Positions 11,586-24,170 of a DNA stretch of 64,000 nt are shown here, one piece after another (within the stretch, counting starts at the first letter, position 1; the number at the start of each line of letters is the position of its first letter). Source of the DNA: Camelus dromedarius (Eukaryota); NCBI RefSeq assembly GCF_036321535.1, contig NC_087436.1:113586001-113650000 (forward strand), given 5' to 3'. Under the pieces are notes generated by a model. It ran no database searches, was not told the DNA's origin, and worked only from the letters and a program-made list of their open reading frames with translations. A program made the position numbers and the translations under genes.

Positions 11586-12099
11586 AGGATTTCCCAAACT
11601 TTAGACACGTTCATTCCACCTTCCCAAGTTTTGCTAATTTTGCATGCCATCCAGCCAAGTGATTAGTTAAGTTAAATCATGTAGTAAAAAAGTTGTTTCC
11701 TTACATTTACATACCATCTGTACTATTTTTACAAAATGTTTTTAAATCAACTTACTTTTTAAGACTTAAATATTTTTTAAAATAGAATCTTCAATTAGAA
11801 AGTAATGCTTCCATAAAAGTTGTAGAAAATATACAATAAAATGAAATAGAACAAAGTTATGAAATCATATATGGATACAAAGTCAGCCAACAAAAAAGCT
11901 CTCAGCCATTGACCTGCCCTCTTCTCATTAAAAATGAAGGTTAGCAAGGCCCAGAGAGAAGCTCTCTCCTGGATGGACATTTGTCATGAAAGTAACTTTC
12001 TCACTACATTATTCAGCATAACTTAAATTCCTGTCTGTGTACCACCTAAATAGTCTCAGTTTCACTAGATGTCCATGAGCTACACTTTGGGACATGCTG
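11586..12099 (+). mobile_element. MER113-like hAT-Charlie DNA transposon
   Basis: Terminal inverted repeats caggatttcccaaa / tttgggacatgctg; internal gtgtaccacctaaa. Confidence 0.65.
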
Positions 12100-12639
12100 G
12101 TACATCCTTCTGACCAATGAAGAAACCAATTTTCCAGAGGCCCCGTGTGATTCTGTTTGCCCCTTTGTTCTCTGTTATGCTTGTGAAGGATTTACTGCGC
12201 GCTATCACACTCAGCTGTTTCAGGGTTGTACTTGCCTTCTAGACTATGTGCTCAGAAGGCAGAGCCAGACTGACCTTTGATTCCCAGGGGAAGACTGGGG
12301 TCTGCCAAGAGTCAGTGCATTTGCTGGGTTGTAGCAAGTGGAATAACCCAAGGATACACAGCTTGTGTGCAGGGGTGTAACTGAGACTCACACCTTCTGG
12401 GTCCTCATTCTTGGTGCTTTCTAAAGGAGAGGGATCAATTTGATGCCAGGGACAGAGATCAGAGAGATTTAAATCAAGTGCTGCATTTCTATTTTTACAA
12501 CTCAAGGTTACTCTTGCTTTTTTCATGATAAACTGCTGTGTGTATAACAATAGATTAAAAACCAGCAATGATTCAAAGCAGACATCTCAGGGAAAGTTGT
12601 TCAATTATATTGTCGTTGTTGACGATGACAGTAATAGTA

Positions 12640-12815
12640 AGAATAGCTGCCCTTTACTGAGCATTTTCTGGGTATCAGGCACAGTCCTAAGCACTTGAAT
12701 TTTCTCAGGAGCTAAATAATTACTGTTCCCATTTTCATGAAACTGAGGCATAGAGTGGTCTTTAACCAGCACACAAGATACAACAGACAGTAAGTGATGG
12801 GAGAGCCTGCATTCG
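12640..12815 (-). mobile_element. MIR SINE
   Basis: tttactgagcattttctgggtatcaggcacagtcctaagcactt...cccattttcatgaaactgaggcatagag. Confidence 0.75.
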
Positions 12816-12849
12816 ACTTCTGTACCTCTTCACATCCTCTCAGCCTCAT

Positions 12850-13366
12850 CTCAGGGGCTGCGAGAGCAACAAGCTCAGGGTGAGTTCCTCCAACTTCATG
12901 CAGGTGACACCTGCCAGTGCCTTATTCCAGGCACCCTCTGCAGTGTGCCTGCTGCCTCCTGTCCTGGGGCTTCTTTGTGAACTCGAATCTGCAGTGCCCC
13001 TAGTTACCTGTGCATATCCAGCCCAGAAGAATCAGGGAATTAATGCCTCGTGGGGAAAACCTTTGATCAGTGGGAGATGGAATCAGATGGTCTGGAATCA
13101 GGTGGTCTGATTCTCCCCATTTGTTCCCCTGGACAGGCTGTGCAGAGATGCACTGTATATATTTTCTTGGAACACAGCCCTACAGGATCAAGCAACCAGT
13201 TACACCTCACTGCAGTCAGCTTGCTAAAGCATTTTTATTGGCCCACCCTCCAGTTACCTCTTTTTTTCCTTCCTCCCTGCTTTCTGCAATAGATAATAAT
13301 AATTTTTTAAAAAATCACAGAAGCCCTTATCTTTTGCTTGGCTTTCCAGGGAACCCAGTCTACAAC
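12850..13366 (+). mobile_element. ERVL solo LTR (LTR16/LTR41-like)
   Basis: ggggaaaacctttgatcagtgggagatgg...ggctttccagggaacccagtctacaac. Confidence 0.6.
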
Positions 13367-13489
13367 AGCCCCGATCTGCCTGATTCAAAAGCCTATACCC
13401 AAGAGGTTGAGTTATACTAGTTCTATGCATGAATCTTCAGGATAGCCTGACTCCCTGGTGAGATGCTCATGACCTTTGACATCTTATGA

Positions 13490-13850
13490 TGTAGCCTTTC
13501 CCCCCTCCACTCCCTGCCTCACATGGTGCTGTTTCCTAACTATACTCAATTCTGTCTTTAGCCATTTGCTCTTGTTTTCTCTTTTGAAAATGTTCTTCCT
13601 TCTTCACTGTTCCTTTCTTGGCTAACTCCTACTCATCTTTCAGGCCTAGTCCCCATGGCCTTTTCTGATCCCTCTGTACTCATTGTCCTCAGCTTGGATT
13701 AGGTTTCTGTTTCCTGTGTCTTACTCTAATGTATCTATCTACATGTCATCATCTGCTCTCCTTGGAGTCCCCAGCCTTTGAAGGAAGGGTTGTGTTCCAT
13801 TGACATCTCTGTTCTAAATGTGAGCCGAGGGCCTGCTGTAGAGTTTCAGC
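13490..13850 (+). mobile_element. L2 LINE fragment
   Basis: ctggctaactcctactcatctttcaggcc...ttttctgatccctc, typical L2 3' region. Confidence 0.65.
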
Positions 13851-13869
13851 TAAGCTAAGGTGATGGCAG

Positions 13870-14097
13870 AGTGGTGAAGTGCATAGGCAGTGTTGTCTGT
13901 TGGCCCCAGGTTCTAGTTCTGCTCTGACACCTACAGCCACGGGCTTTTGAGCACATCGCTTAAAAGTCCTGAGCCTCAGTTTCTCAATCTCTACAAAGGG
14001 GAAAACCAATTAGCTGTGATATACAGTTCTCATAAAGATTAAATGACATAAAATACACATCAAGTTTAGTAAGAAATAAATGTAGGCTACTATTATC
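13870..14097 (+). mobile_element. MIR SINE
   Basis: ctgagcctcagtttctcaatctctacaaagggg...aagattaaatgacataa. Confidence 0.8.
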
Positions 14098-14447
14098 AAC
14101 AATAAAGTAATGTATTATTTCTTCCAAAAACGTAGGAAAGTAGTTGGACAAGAAAAGCTAGGCTAATTGTCATCTAGGTCTAAACACAGGTTTAGTGTTT
14201 AGTAAGTGCCTTCAAGATTTTAGGGGCTGCTGGGGCTTCCCCCAGGCCCCAAAAGCTTACAGGCTAGGTCAATCTGCACATTTTCACTAGGTACCAACCA
14301 TATACTAGACACTGAAGGAAGGGCTGTGGCTTTAGAAAGGGTAAAACTCAGTGCCTGTCCTCAGTAAGTTCAAAGTCTAACAAGATTATGACGTTAAACC
14401 CTGTGACCTGCCATCATAACCACATTCTCTCCCATCTTAAGGATAAA

Positions 14448-14810
14448 TGCATTTATTTATTCAACAAAGTATTTGCTGTGCATCTATTATGTCCCCAGCC
14501 CTATCTAGGTGGTAGGGACACAGCAGTGAATTTATACTTTGATCTTTGAAGTTCATCCACACTGGGAAAGACATTAAAAAAAAACTTACAAAGAAGCAAA
14601 TAACCAAGAAAAAAAAAGTGGAAGTTCAACCAGTGGACAAGAGAGTTCTAGGAAGAGGTGTCTGATTGTGCAATGATACTGAGGTGTGGAGACTGTGGCA
14701 TATTCTGAGACCAGGAATCCACTGGTGTTGTGACAACACAGATCACTGGGGAGCAAAACAGCAAGGCTGGAAGGATAAGCTAGGGACAAACTGCCAAGGG
14801 CTGTCCTGCT
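14448..14810 (-). mobile_element. L2 LINE 3' end
   Basis: catttatttattcaacaaagtatttgctgtgcatctattatgt...gggacacagcagtgaa. Confidence 0.7.
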
Positions 14811-14917
14811 AGTTAGGATTCTTTTCCATCACAGAAACCCAACCGGAGGAGTGAAATGGGGATGATCTTGTGTGACAAATCCTGGGTAAGTACAGAAAAG
14901 GACTTGGTACCAAAGAG

Positions 14918-16812
14918 ACTCAACAAAATATTACCAAATCAAATCAAACAATACATTAAAAGGGTCATAACAATTCTATTCCTGGGTATTCATCCAAGGA
15001 AAGCAAAAACACTAATTAGAAAAGATATATGCACCCCTATGTTAATTGCAGCATTATTTAAGATATGGAATCAACCTGTGTCCATCAATAGATGAATGGA
15101 TAAAGAAGATGTATGCATGTGTATATATGTATATACATAATGTACATTGTATACATGTATACAATGGAATATTACTGAGCCATAAAAAGAATGAAATCCT
15201 GCCATTTGGATTGACCTAGGATGACCATTGGATGGACCTAGAGGGTATTATGCTAAATGAAATAAGTCAGATAGAGAAAGACAAATACTGTATGATTTCA
15301 CTTATATGTGGAATCTAAAAAACAAAACAAATGAATAAACATAACAAAACAGAAACAGAGCTATCAATACAGAGAACAAACAGGGGGTGGCCAGAGGGGA
15401 GGGGAGTAGGAAGAGGAAAGAAATAGGTGAGGGTGAGGGAAATTAATTTGCATTTTTAAACTTTTTTTTATTGAGTTATAGTCATTTTACAATGTTGTGT
15501 CAAATTCTAGTGTAGAGCACAATTTTTCAGTTATACATGAACATACATATATTCATTGTCAAGTTTTTTTTCACTGTGAGCTATCACAAGATCTTGTATA
15601 TATTTCCCTGTGCTATTCAGTATAATCTTGTTTATCTATTCTGTATATGCCTGTCAGTATCTACAAATTTTGAAATCCCAGTCTGTCCCTTCCCACCTCC
15701 CACCCCTTGGCAACCACAAGTTTGTATTCTATGTCTATGAGTCTGTTTCTGTTTTTCATTTATGTTCTTTTTGTTTTTTGTTTCTTTTTTTAGATTCCAC
15801 ATATGAGCAATCTCATATTGTATTTTTCTTTCTCTTTCTGGCTTACTTCACTTAGAATGACATTCCCCAGGGACATCCATGTTGCTGCAAATGGTGCTGT
15901 CATTTTTATGGCTGAATAGTATTCCATTGTGTAAATATACCACATCTTCTTTATCCAGTCATCTGTTGTTGGACATTTAGGCTGTTTCCATGTCTTGGCT
16001 ATTGTAAATAGTGCTGCTATGAACATTGGAGTGCAGGTGTCTTTTTGAAGTAGGCCTCCTTCTGGATATATTCCCAGCAGCAGGATTCCTGGGTAATATG
16101 GTAGGTCTATTCCTAGTCTTTTGAGGAATCTCCATACTGTTTTCCACAGTGGCTGCACCAAATTGCATTCCCACCAGCAGTGTAGGAGGGTGAGGGAAAT
16201 TAAGCATTACAAACTTCCAGTTGCAAAATAAATGTCACAGGTATGAAATGTACAGTATGAGGAATATAGTTAATAACTATATTAATATCTTAGTATGGTG
16301 ATATATCCTAACTAGACTTATCATGGTGGTTATTTTGAAATGTATAGAAATATTGAATCACTATGCTATATAAATAGGAACTAATATAGTGTTGTAGGTC
16401 AATTACACTTCAAAAACCGATGAAGAAACAAACTCATAGAAAAAGATGTCAGATTTATGGTGACCAGAGGCAAGAGTTAGGGGAGGGGGATTAGATGAAG
16501 GCTATCAAAATATACAGACTTCTAGTTATAAGATAGGTAAGTACACCGGATGTAATACAAATCATGATAAATATAATGAACACTGCTGCATATTGTAAAA
16601 GTTAAGAGAGCAAATCCTAAGAATTCTCATCACAGGAAGAAATTGCCTTTCTGTTTCTTTATTTTTGTATCTATATGAGATAATGGATGTTCACTAAAAT
16701 TACTGTGATAATCATTTCATGATGCATGTAAGTCAAATCGTTATGCTGTACACCTTAGACTTGTACACTGCTGTGTGTCAACTATACCTCAATAAATCTG
16801 GAAGAAAAAAAG
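14918..16812 (+). mobile_element. Older LINE-1 (ORF2 remnants + 3' UTR; laurasiatherian L1MA9-like lineage), host of a nested L1
   Basis: ORF2 peptides LNKILPNQIKQYIKRVI and ILFLGIHPRKAKTLIRKDICTPMLIAALF; 3' UTR ending ctcaataaatctggaagaaaaaa. Confidence 0.9.
15447..16187 (-). mobile_element. Younger 5'-truncated LINE-1 (camelid-like 3' UTR) with TSD
   Basis: T-rich tail, 3' UTR, and ORF2 C-terminus [13 protein letters not shown]...[18 protein letters not shown] (ORF 15790-16161); GAGGGTGAGGGAAATTAA duplicated at 15429-15446 and 16186-16203. Confidence 0.95.
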
Positions 16813-17277
16813 TCATTCTGGTTTAGCAATTGGCCAGTAACCTAGACTTATACTTTTGTTGATGGTAAATTGGGGTAAGGTGCAGAAAACCTGCTTTTCT
16901 GATTAGATGATAATATTTCAGTTTAACAAATATGGAACACCCATCATGTTCCATGCTCAAGAATTTTTGTAATTTTCAAGATGAATAAAACAAGTCTCTG
17001 CCAGAGAAAAGCAGCATGATCCCATGTTTGTAAAAAAAAAAAACAAAAAAAACCCACCACATATTGTATTTCAACCCTTTATCCGCTTAACTCTTTACCA
17101 TAGGTCTGTAGAGAAGCATGGAAAACTCCTGACCTCCACTGCACACTTCCAATGCTAGGTGAATGGACTTTCTGTCTTTGTAGGAGAATCTTCCTCAATT
17201 CTACCCACTCTAATCTCCTGAAACCCACACATTTTGGCTCTTTTCTATCCCACATGAACTAAGAAACTCCCTTAGGT

Positions 17278-17445
17278 AGCTGTGGGCTGGTAAGTGTCAA
17301 ATAGCAGCCTCTCTGAGCAGTGTTTGCTGGTTGTCATGGTGTGAATATTCCCACCATGGCTGATCTCAAAACCATCAGTGTGACTGATACGCAAAATTGG
17401 AAAGAGCTTTGCATGATGAGCTGTCCCGAGTCTGCAGTTTCAATG
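17278..17445 (+). mobile_element. MER63-like hAT-Blackjack DNA transposon
   Basis: gctggtaagtgtcaaatagcagcctctc...catggtgtgaatattcccaccatggctgat. Confidence 0.6.
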
Positions 17446-17524
17446 GTCTCATTAGCCAGATCGTAGCCTGAGTCCTGGAGGGGAGAGTGGAAAGCCATCC
17501 TTCTTGAATTTGGTTCACATGATA

Positions 17525-17973
17525 TGTTATGGATTGAATTGCCTCTCCTACAAAAGATATACTGAACTCCTAACTCCCAAATCCTCAGAATGTTACCTTA
17601 CTTGGAAATGGGGTCATTGTTAGAAGTAATTAGTTGAGATGATGTCATACCAGAGTGAGGTGGGCCTCTAACCCAATATGACCGATGTCTGTAAAAGAAG
17701 ACAGTCATGTGAAGACACAGAGACACAAGGAGAAGGCTATGCACAGACGGACACAGAGATCAGAGTGATAGGTGAGGTGAGGTGAGGAACTCCTGAGGCT
17801 TCTAGAAGCTGGAAGAAACGAGAATGAGTTATCCCCTAGGGGTTTCAGTGGGAGCATGGCTTTGCCAACACCTTGATTTTAGACTTCTGGCATCCAGAAT
17901 TGTGAGACAATACATCTCTGTTGTTTTAACTCAATGAGTTGTGTCACTTTGTTATGGCCACCCTAGGAACATA
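17525..17973 (+). mobile_element. MaLR solo LTR (MLT1C-like)
   Basis: tgttatggattgaattg...cagaatgttaccttacttggaaatgggg...caccttgattttagacttctggcatccagaattgtgagacaat. Confidence 0.9.
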
Positions 17974-18174
17974 CGGGTCCCTGTGTTTCCCTGTGCTCTG
18001 CACCACCTGGTTTGCAATATATCTTCTCTTGGGCAAAATCGCATTTCGTTTGTGCTTTTATGATTGCAGCGCTCTTTCATTCTGCCCCTTCCACCTGCGT
18101 CAGACTACAGAGATCTAGTGCAAAGAGCTGAAGTACAGCTGAGCCCTTTGCCTTACAGAGGTAAGGAGTTTACC

Positions 18175-18395
18175 ACACCAGCTATAATTAGTTAAACACA
18201 TACCAGGGATCCGGTGCTGCACCAGGTGTTCTGTGTATTGCCAAACTGAATCTTCGCACTATGACTAGGCATAATTATTCTCATTTTACAAATAGGGAAA
18301 CAGAAGCTCCATGAAATTAGGTAAATCACCTGAGGTCACAGAGCTAGCAAAGGACCGTGGGGTTGTCAGCTCAGGTGTGGAGACTCGGACTCTAC
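18175..18395 (-). mobile_element. MIR SINE
   Basis: attctcattttacaaatagggaaacagaagctcc...gaggtcacagagctagca. Confidence 0.8.
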
Positions 18396-19127
18396 ACATC
18401 TTAGCACTCCACCCTGTGGACAGTTCGTGGGACTCTTAATAGGCTACAGCTGCACAAGCATTGCAGGACTTGCCCCCTCTCTGCACCCACAGATAAGATG
18501 GGATCTGAGGATAGGGGAGGAAGATGGAAGATGGTTAGAGAAATCAGGTCAGTTGAGTAAGTAACCCTTGATCCCCTCTGTGAGCTTATCCACTGTCTAG
18601 TGGTTGCTGTTTCCTCGTGGTGGTCATAGTAATAGGCCCACAATGACCTTAATTCCTTATGTGTGTGCCACACTGAACAGCTCTGATGGGCTCTCCCTTG
18701 AGTGGCTCTCATCAGTTCTCAGGCTGTGGAGCCAGGCAGAGCTGGGTTCACGTTCCCGCCCTGAAATTTACCAGTGGTCTCACCTTGAGCAATTTGCTTA
18801 ATCGTTCGTAAGTGTCAATTCACTTCCCTCACTTGTAACCTCCGAGAAGGAATCAATGAGTTGAAGTGGAGTGGATTCAGTACATGGTAGACACTAGGGG
18901 AAAAAAGTTTACTCCTCCTGTTCTTATGAGAAAGGAGTTTTTCTCATTGCTGCTGGCCTCCTGATCCACTGCTGTCTTCTCCGTAGAATGCATTGGTAGG
19001 TGACTCACGTTTCCTGGATGAGGGATGTAAATATACCCAAAGTTCCAAGCACATGCCTCAGTTATCTATCTGTTTCCCCTGGTGCAATGCTGTGCTGTGC
19101 TGTGTTTGCCATCTTACACCGCCCTCA

Positions 19128-19400
19128 TCGGTTGAACTGTGTCTCTGTTCAAAAGGTATGTTGAATTCCTAACCTCTGGTACCTGTGAATGGTACCTAGT
19201 CTGGAAACAACATCTTTGCAGACATAATCAGGTTAGGATGAGGTTATTGGGGTGGGCCTTCATCTGACATGACTAGCGTCCTTATAAGAAGAGGGAAACA
19301 CCACGTGAGGCCGAGGCACACAGCAGAGGATGCCCTGTGACCATGGAGACAGATTGAAATGCTGCAGCTGAGAGCCAAGGAAGGCCTGAGGCTGCTGAAG
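19128..19400 (+). mobile_element. MaLR LTR fragment (MLT1C-like)
   Basis: ggttgaactgtgtc...tacctgtgaatg...tctttgcagacataatcaggttaggatgagg...gtccttataagaagagg. Confidence 0.85.
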
Positions 19401-19889
19401 AGTGAGGCGGTGCTTTTCTATCGTCATCTCTCTGTTCTGGGGGGAATAAGAGTAGAAAGGGGATTATGAAAAAGGAAGAGCTAAGACAGGGGACGGAACC
19501 AATATATACTGGGCACCAGCTGTGTGTGTCCCTTCACTGGGTGCATTGCTGATGTTTCATTTAATCTTCGCAGTCTGTAAGATGTGGGTTCTTATTCTCC
19601 TTTTCCAGTTAAGAAAATATTATAATAAATTAATATCTACCTACGGGGTCACCAGAGGTAATAGATATGTAGCTCAAGGTTCCATAGTAAGCAAGTGACT
19701 AAGAAAATTCCAAAGACCAGTCTATTTCCCACACCCACCTGTGATCTTTCTACTTCTTGCAAAACAACTGAGGCAATAGAAATCCAGTTGTGATAAGTAA
19801 CATTTCAAACACAGATGGCCATTATCGGTGGTCATTACTCTTGCTCTGACACAGGATGGTGGAGAGACACCCAGTTAAGTTACAGAGAG

Positions 19890-20165
19890 GTAGCAGAGCG
19901 GAGAGGTTGGGATGATGGCTCTGGAGTCACCCTGCCTGAGTTCCGTGGCCACCCCACCTCTGCACTGACTTGCTGGGTGCTTTTGCCAAGTGGCCCCATC
20001 TCTCTGAGCCTCAGCTTTCTGGCTTCACACGTGGCAGTAAGTAGGACAGGGCTTAGAGGGCTGTTGTGAGAATTAAATGAGCATCACATAAAAATACGTC
20101 CAACAGATTCTGTCACACGGTGAGCATGACAGAAGTGCCTGTGGCTGCTATTAGTTTTTATTATT
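19890..20165 (+). mobile_element. MIR SINE (another antisense MIR at ~19500-19720)
   Basis: ggctctggagtcaccctgcctgagttc...tctctgagcctcagc...ttgtgagaattaaatgag. Confidence 0.8.
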
Positions 20166-21352
20166 CAGAATGGGACCTTTCCCCTCCCAAAGCTGTAGTG
20201 ACGCCACCAGGATGACTGTCTTCTGCGCGCAGCTCCTAGGCTATGTTGCTGTTCTGCTCTCTGCCACTGTGACTCCCCAGATCCGGGCTGAGCTGGGGTA
20301 TTATGTTTCTAATTAGACAACCGTCTGCTGTGTTGTCTAATAGTGCCTTTCATGAGGCTTTTTGGCCTTGTGGGGTGACTGCTGCAATGTTTCATAGCCA
20401 TTAATAAGAACACAATATGAAAGGAAAGTGCTAACGTGTAATTTGCAGTCATGACTTCCGGCACTAATTCAAAAAACGTCTCTGTGGTCCCTGGTGTGTG
20501 AGTCTCTGCCTGCTGATTCTCTAAAGGGTACTGGAATGTTGTAGCCAAAGCAGGTGCCCGGGGCCCCCTGCCTCACTTGTCATCCTTTCCAGCAGGACTT
20601 CCTGTCTCTGGGGATCCCCTAACTTTTGAAGTAAGTGTTCTGGGGTGTTGTGTAAAGGGTGTGAACTGGGACACTGTTCTTAAACCTGGGAGGTGAGCTA
20701 AAGCAGAGAAAGAATGAATCAGGTGTGATAGGCTGTAGGGCATTTCAGGATGCTATATCTGCTTCTAAATTCTGGTAACTATTTTTCTAGGACCACAATG
20801 ACCTGCTCTCACCTGACCAGCCAACTATACTGCCTTTGTCTCCTGGGATATGCTTACCAGAAAGATAGGCCAGACCCAACAGACAGAACCAGTCCAACTT
20901 TGGGGATTTTGTTCACTGAGTGTCATGCCCAGGGGCAGTGTGATTATTAGGGCATATGGATTCGAATTCTCTTTCTCAAAGGAAGCTGCCTTTCTGTCCC
21001 TGGGGAAAGACCCAAGTCCACCTTTCTGGTTCTCTCTGTCAGGACTGCCAGTTCTTGGAGTTAATAATTCCAGACACAAAGGTCTCATATTTAAATGATT
21101 AAAAAAAAGCACAAATTATGCTGAACTTGCTGGGTATGGGGGAAGTTAAAAGGAGATTTCTGTTGGATGTGTTGTATGTTTAAGGGCTGGATTAAAATGT
21201 GAGAATTTGATAAAAATATGGAATAAAGTTAAATAATAATTAGAGGCTTCAGATAAGAAAGGGTCTGTAAGGATGTGATGCTTCAAAAACAAATTAATCT
21301 GCTCAAAATCAGTAGATTGCAAGACATGCATTTCACACATAGAAAATAGACA

Positions 21353-21464
21353 AAATTAAATAGAAATGATCACCCACATAACTTATGCAAACAGACTACA
21401 ACACAGATAAATTAAATAGAAATTATCACACACATAACTTACGCAAATAGACTACAACACAGAT
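21353..21464. repeat. 56-bp tandem duplication (2 copies, 4 mismatches)
   Basis: aaattaaatagaaatgatcacccacataacttatgcaaacagactacaacacagat repeated at 21353 and 21409. Confidence 0.95.
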
Positions 21465-21489
21465 AGACACACATTCCCTTATCTTCACA

Positions 21490-22340
21490 TCTGATACACT
21501 CACATAAATGAAGGGGCTTTATAAACACTGTTCTGTGTCTTCTGTTTTTTTGAACTTAATAATATATATTGGGTAAATTTTCATACTAATATCTACCATT
21601 CCTTTTATATCATCCTAGGGCATTCTTCTTAATGGCTTCAAAGTATTTTCTTATATAAATGTATCACAACTTAGAGCCACTATCAGCTATTTGTGAACAT
21701 GTAGATTCTGTCCACTTTGGAGCATTTTATTTTTTGTATTTATTTTCCAAGCAATACTGAAATGAATATCCTTGGCCATGTATCTTTGAGTGCATTTGTG
21801 GGTACTTCTATGGAAAAGAGATCTTGGCCATGGAATTTCTGAGTTAAAGGATATTTTAAATTAACCTTCAAAGAGGTTGTGTCAGTTTATACTCCCATTA
21901 CCATCATATGAATATCCATTTTCCCCAAATCTTACCCAAACCATGTTTGTAATCCCTTTTAATCGCTGCCAATCTGATAGATAGAAATAAAAACAATATC
22001 CTGCTGTTTTAGTTTGTATTTGTTAAATCACTGAGGTTAGACTTCTGTTCGTATAATTCTAAGCAATTTGTATTTATTTTTCTAAACTGAGCACATGATA
22101 GATGTGCAATAAATATTTGTCGGACAATTAAATATACTGCCTGTAAGATTGTTCCTTTTATTATTAATCTAAATAAACTCTCATGGAGTAAAGGACTAAC
22201 AGCCTTTGACACCGTTGCTGCAAGTATTTATTTCAATGCTTGCTCCTCTTTTGTTTGTGGATGTTTTGTGGGGGTGGCGTTTAGAATTTTGTTTTCTTTT
22301 TAACGCAGTCACATTTATTATTTTTAAAATAATGTATACT
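21490..22340 (-). mobile_element. Ancient LINE-1 (L1ME-like) fragment
   Basis: aatactgaaatgaatatccttg...ggaatttctgagttaaagg...tttatactcccattacc...ttgccaatctgatag. Confidence 0.75.
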
Positions 22341-24170
22341 TTTAAATCTCGCTAAAAGTTTTCTCTTATTCCTCTGAATAGACACAATGCCCTTAATAAG
22401 CCTCCTTTCTGCTGCTGAAGATTCCTTTTGTGATCCCCGGATGGTACTGCGGTCCCTTTGCCTGTCAGACTCCCCTTCCATCCTCTGCCCATGTGATGGC
22501 CAGTTCTTGGAGGAGCAGGGGAGTTTCTCCTGGCTCAAGGAGGCCTTGCTTTGCTGAGTACCTCTAGGTATCGGCACCAGTCACCGTAATGCATTGAGGG
22601 CGAAGACGACCCTACGTACAAGATAGCATGGAAACCCAGAATGAAGCCAAAGAACACTCTGAACAGTATCCTGGGGGTAGAAAACTGCTGCTGCGGAGGG
22701 TCTTAGATGCCAGACTAAGAAACCTGATCTTTCTCCTGTAGGAGTTAGAGCGAGGCTCACGAGTCTTAGACTATCTGCCAGCTGCTAGATTTGGATGGAA
22801 GAACAGGGATATGAAAGATTCTTGCTCCTGCTCTGTAGGCTTTATTTTAGGAATTTCTATCTAGGCATCCTTCTCTTTGGGCTTTTCTCTCTCTGACGCC
22901 CACTGTCCATGGTTTGGGTGCATAAGACAGACTTAGGGCCTGCTGGTTTTAAAGGGAAACCAGAACATGACCCTGAGAAAGCAGGAGGTGGTAGGCGAGT
23001 CTCTGGGCCAGATTCAGTGAGTCTTCTGCACACATGTGCCTCGTCCACGTGTGGCGCTGCTGCTGTCTGCTCAGAGCCATCCTTTCTCTCCCTTCTTCGG
23101 AAGCACTCACTTGAAGAGTGCTCGCCCCATGTTATGCTTTACCCAGGAGGGCAGATGAGTCCAGCTAGGTTAGAAATTGGTATCTTGACTAAAGACTGAC
23201 AAGCACTCAGGGCTCTCAGATCTATCGACTACAAGGATGCTGTAAGAAGAGCTGTCCCACTGCTTTGGTCCCTAATTACGTTTCCTGTTCCTGCCGCCCT
23301 GAGGCCCGAGACTGTTCAAGCATCCCATAGTCCCTCAGGGTGCCCAGCATCCACTCAATAAGCATGTTGTCTCCCTTTGTTCAAATAGTCAGATTCTGTT
23401 GCTTGCACCCCAAGAAACCGAGCAGAAGGAAGAGCTCGCAGGTGCCGGTGGATTACACAGAGATGGGGCCAAGGACCTGGCCTGACTCAGTGCGCAGTCC
23501 CTGTAGGGCGAGGTCTCCTTATTGGTGCCTTGAGGCCGTGGCAGGCCTTCTATGTAGTCTTGATCACAAGGCGGAAGACTGGGCCCCTGTGACCATATCA
23601 GAAAATTGAGTCCCCTGGAGAGTTAAGGACTTGATAGAACTGTGGAGTCCATGACAATTTTTGACCATTTTTGTAGGGTAAACCATGGTGGTTTTACCTA
23701 GGCAGATTGTTCAGGACCCTCACTCGTTTCTTGGAGTCAGAGCCAGGAAGCTCTGTCATCTGTTTGTGATTACAAGGCTCAGCACACCCCACCAAAGGCC
23801 CTCTGGCGCCTTTCCTCTCTGGAAACACATTCAGCACATTTTTAGAAACCGCACTGAGAAGCCCTCCCTGAGAAAGTGACTAAACACTGCTTAATATTCT
23901 GAAAACATAAACAGCCGCTGAGAAGCCAGTCATGAGCTGCTGAGGAAAAGCTGACTTGACGCTGGGGGGAGCCAGCTGTTGCTGGCGTTCGATTGACAGA
24001 GGCTGTAAAATTCTTTGCACCGTCAGTATCATCAATGAATGTGTATCACGTGCATTCTGCCTCTCTCACGCTGGAACACTCTGGTTGGATTTGTGTCCTC
24101 CTGGACATTTTGGAAAGACAAAGCATGCTAGGACTGAGGTTCCCGCTCCATGCTTCTCTCCCAATATCTA

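Noticed and set aside
15790..16161. 123-aa ORF with real protein homology
   Set aside because: C-terminus of LINE-1 ORF2p in a 5'-truncated insertion, not a host gene
22560..22680. CpG-containing stretch after a possible AG acceptor
   Set aside because: Stops in all three forward frames within ~60 nt
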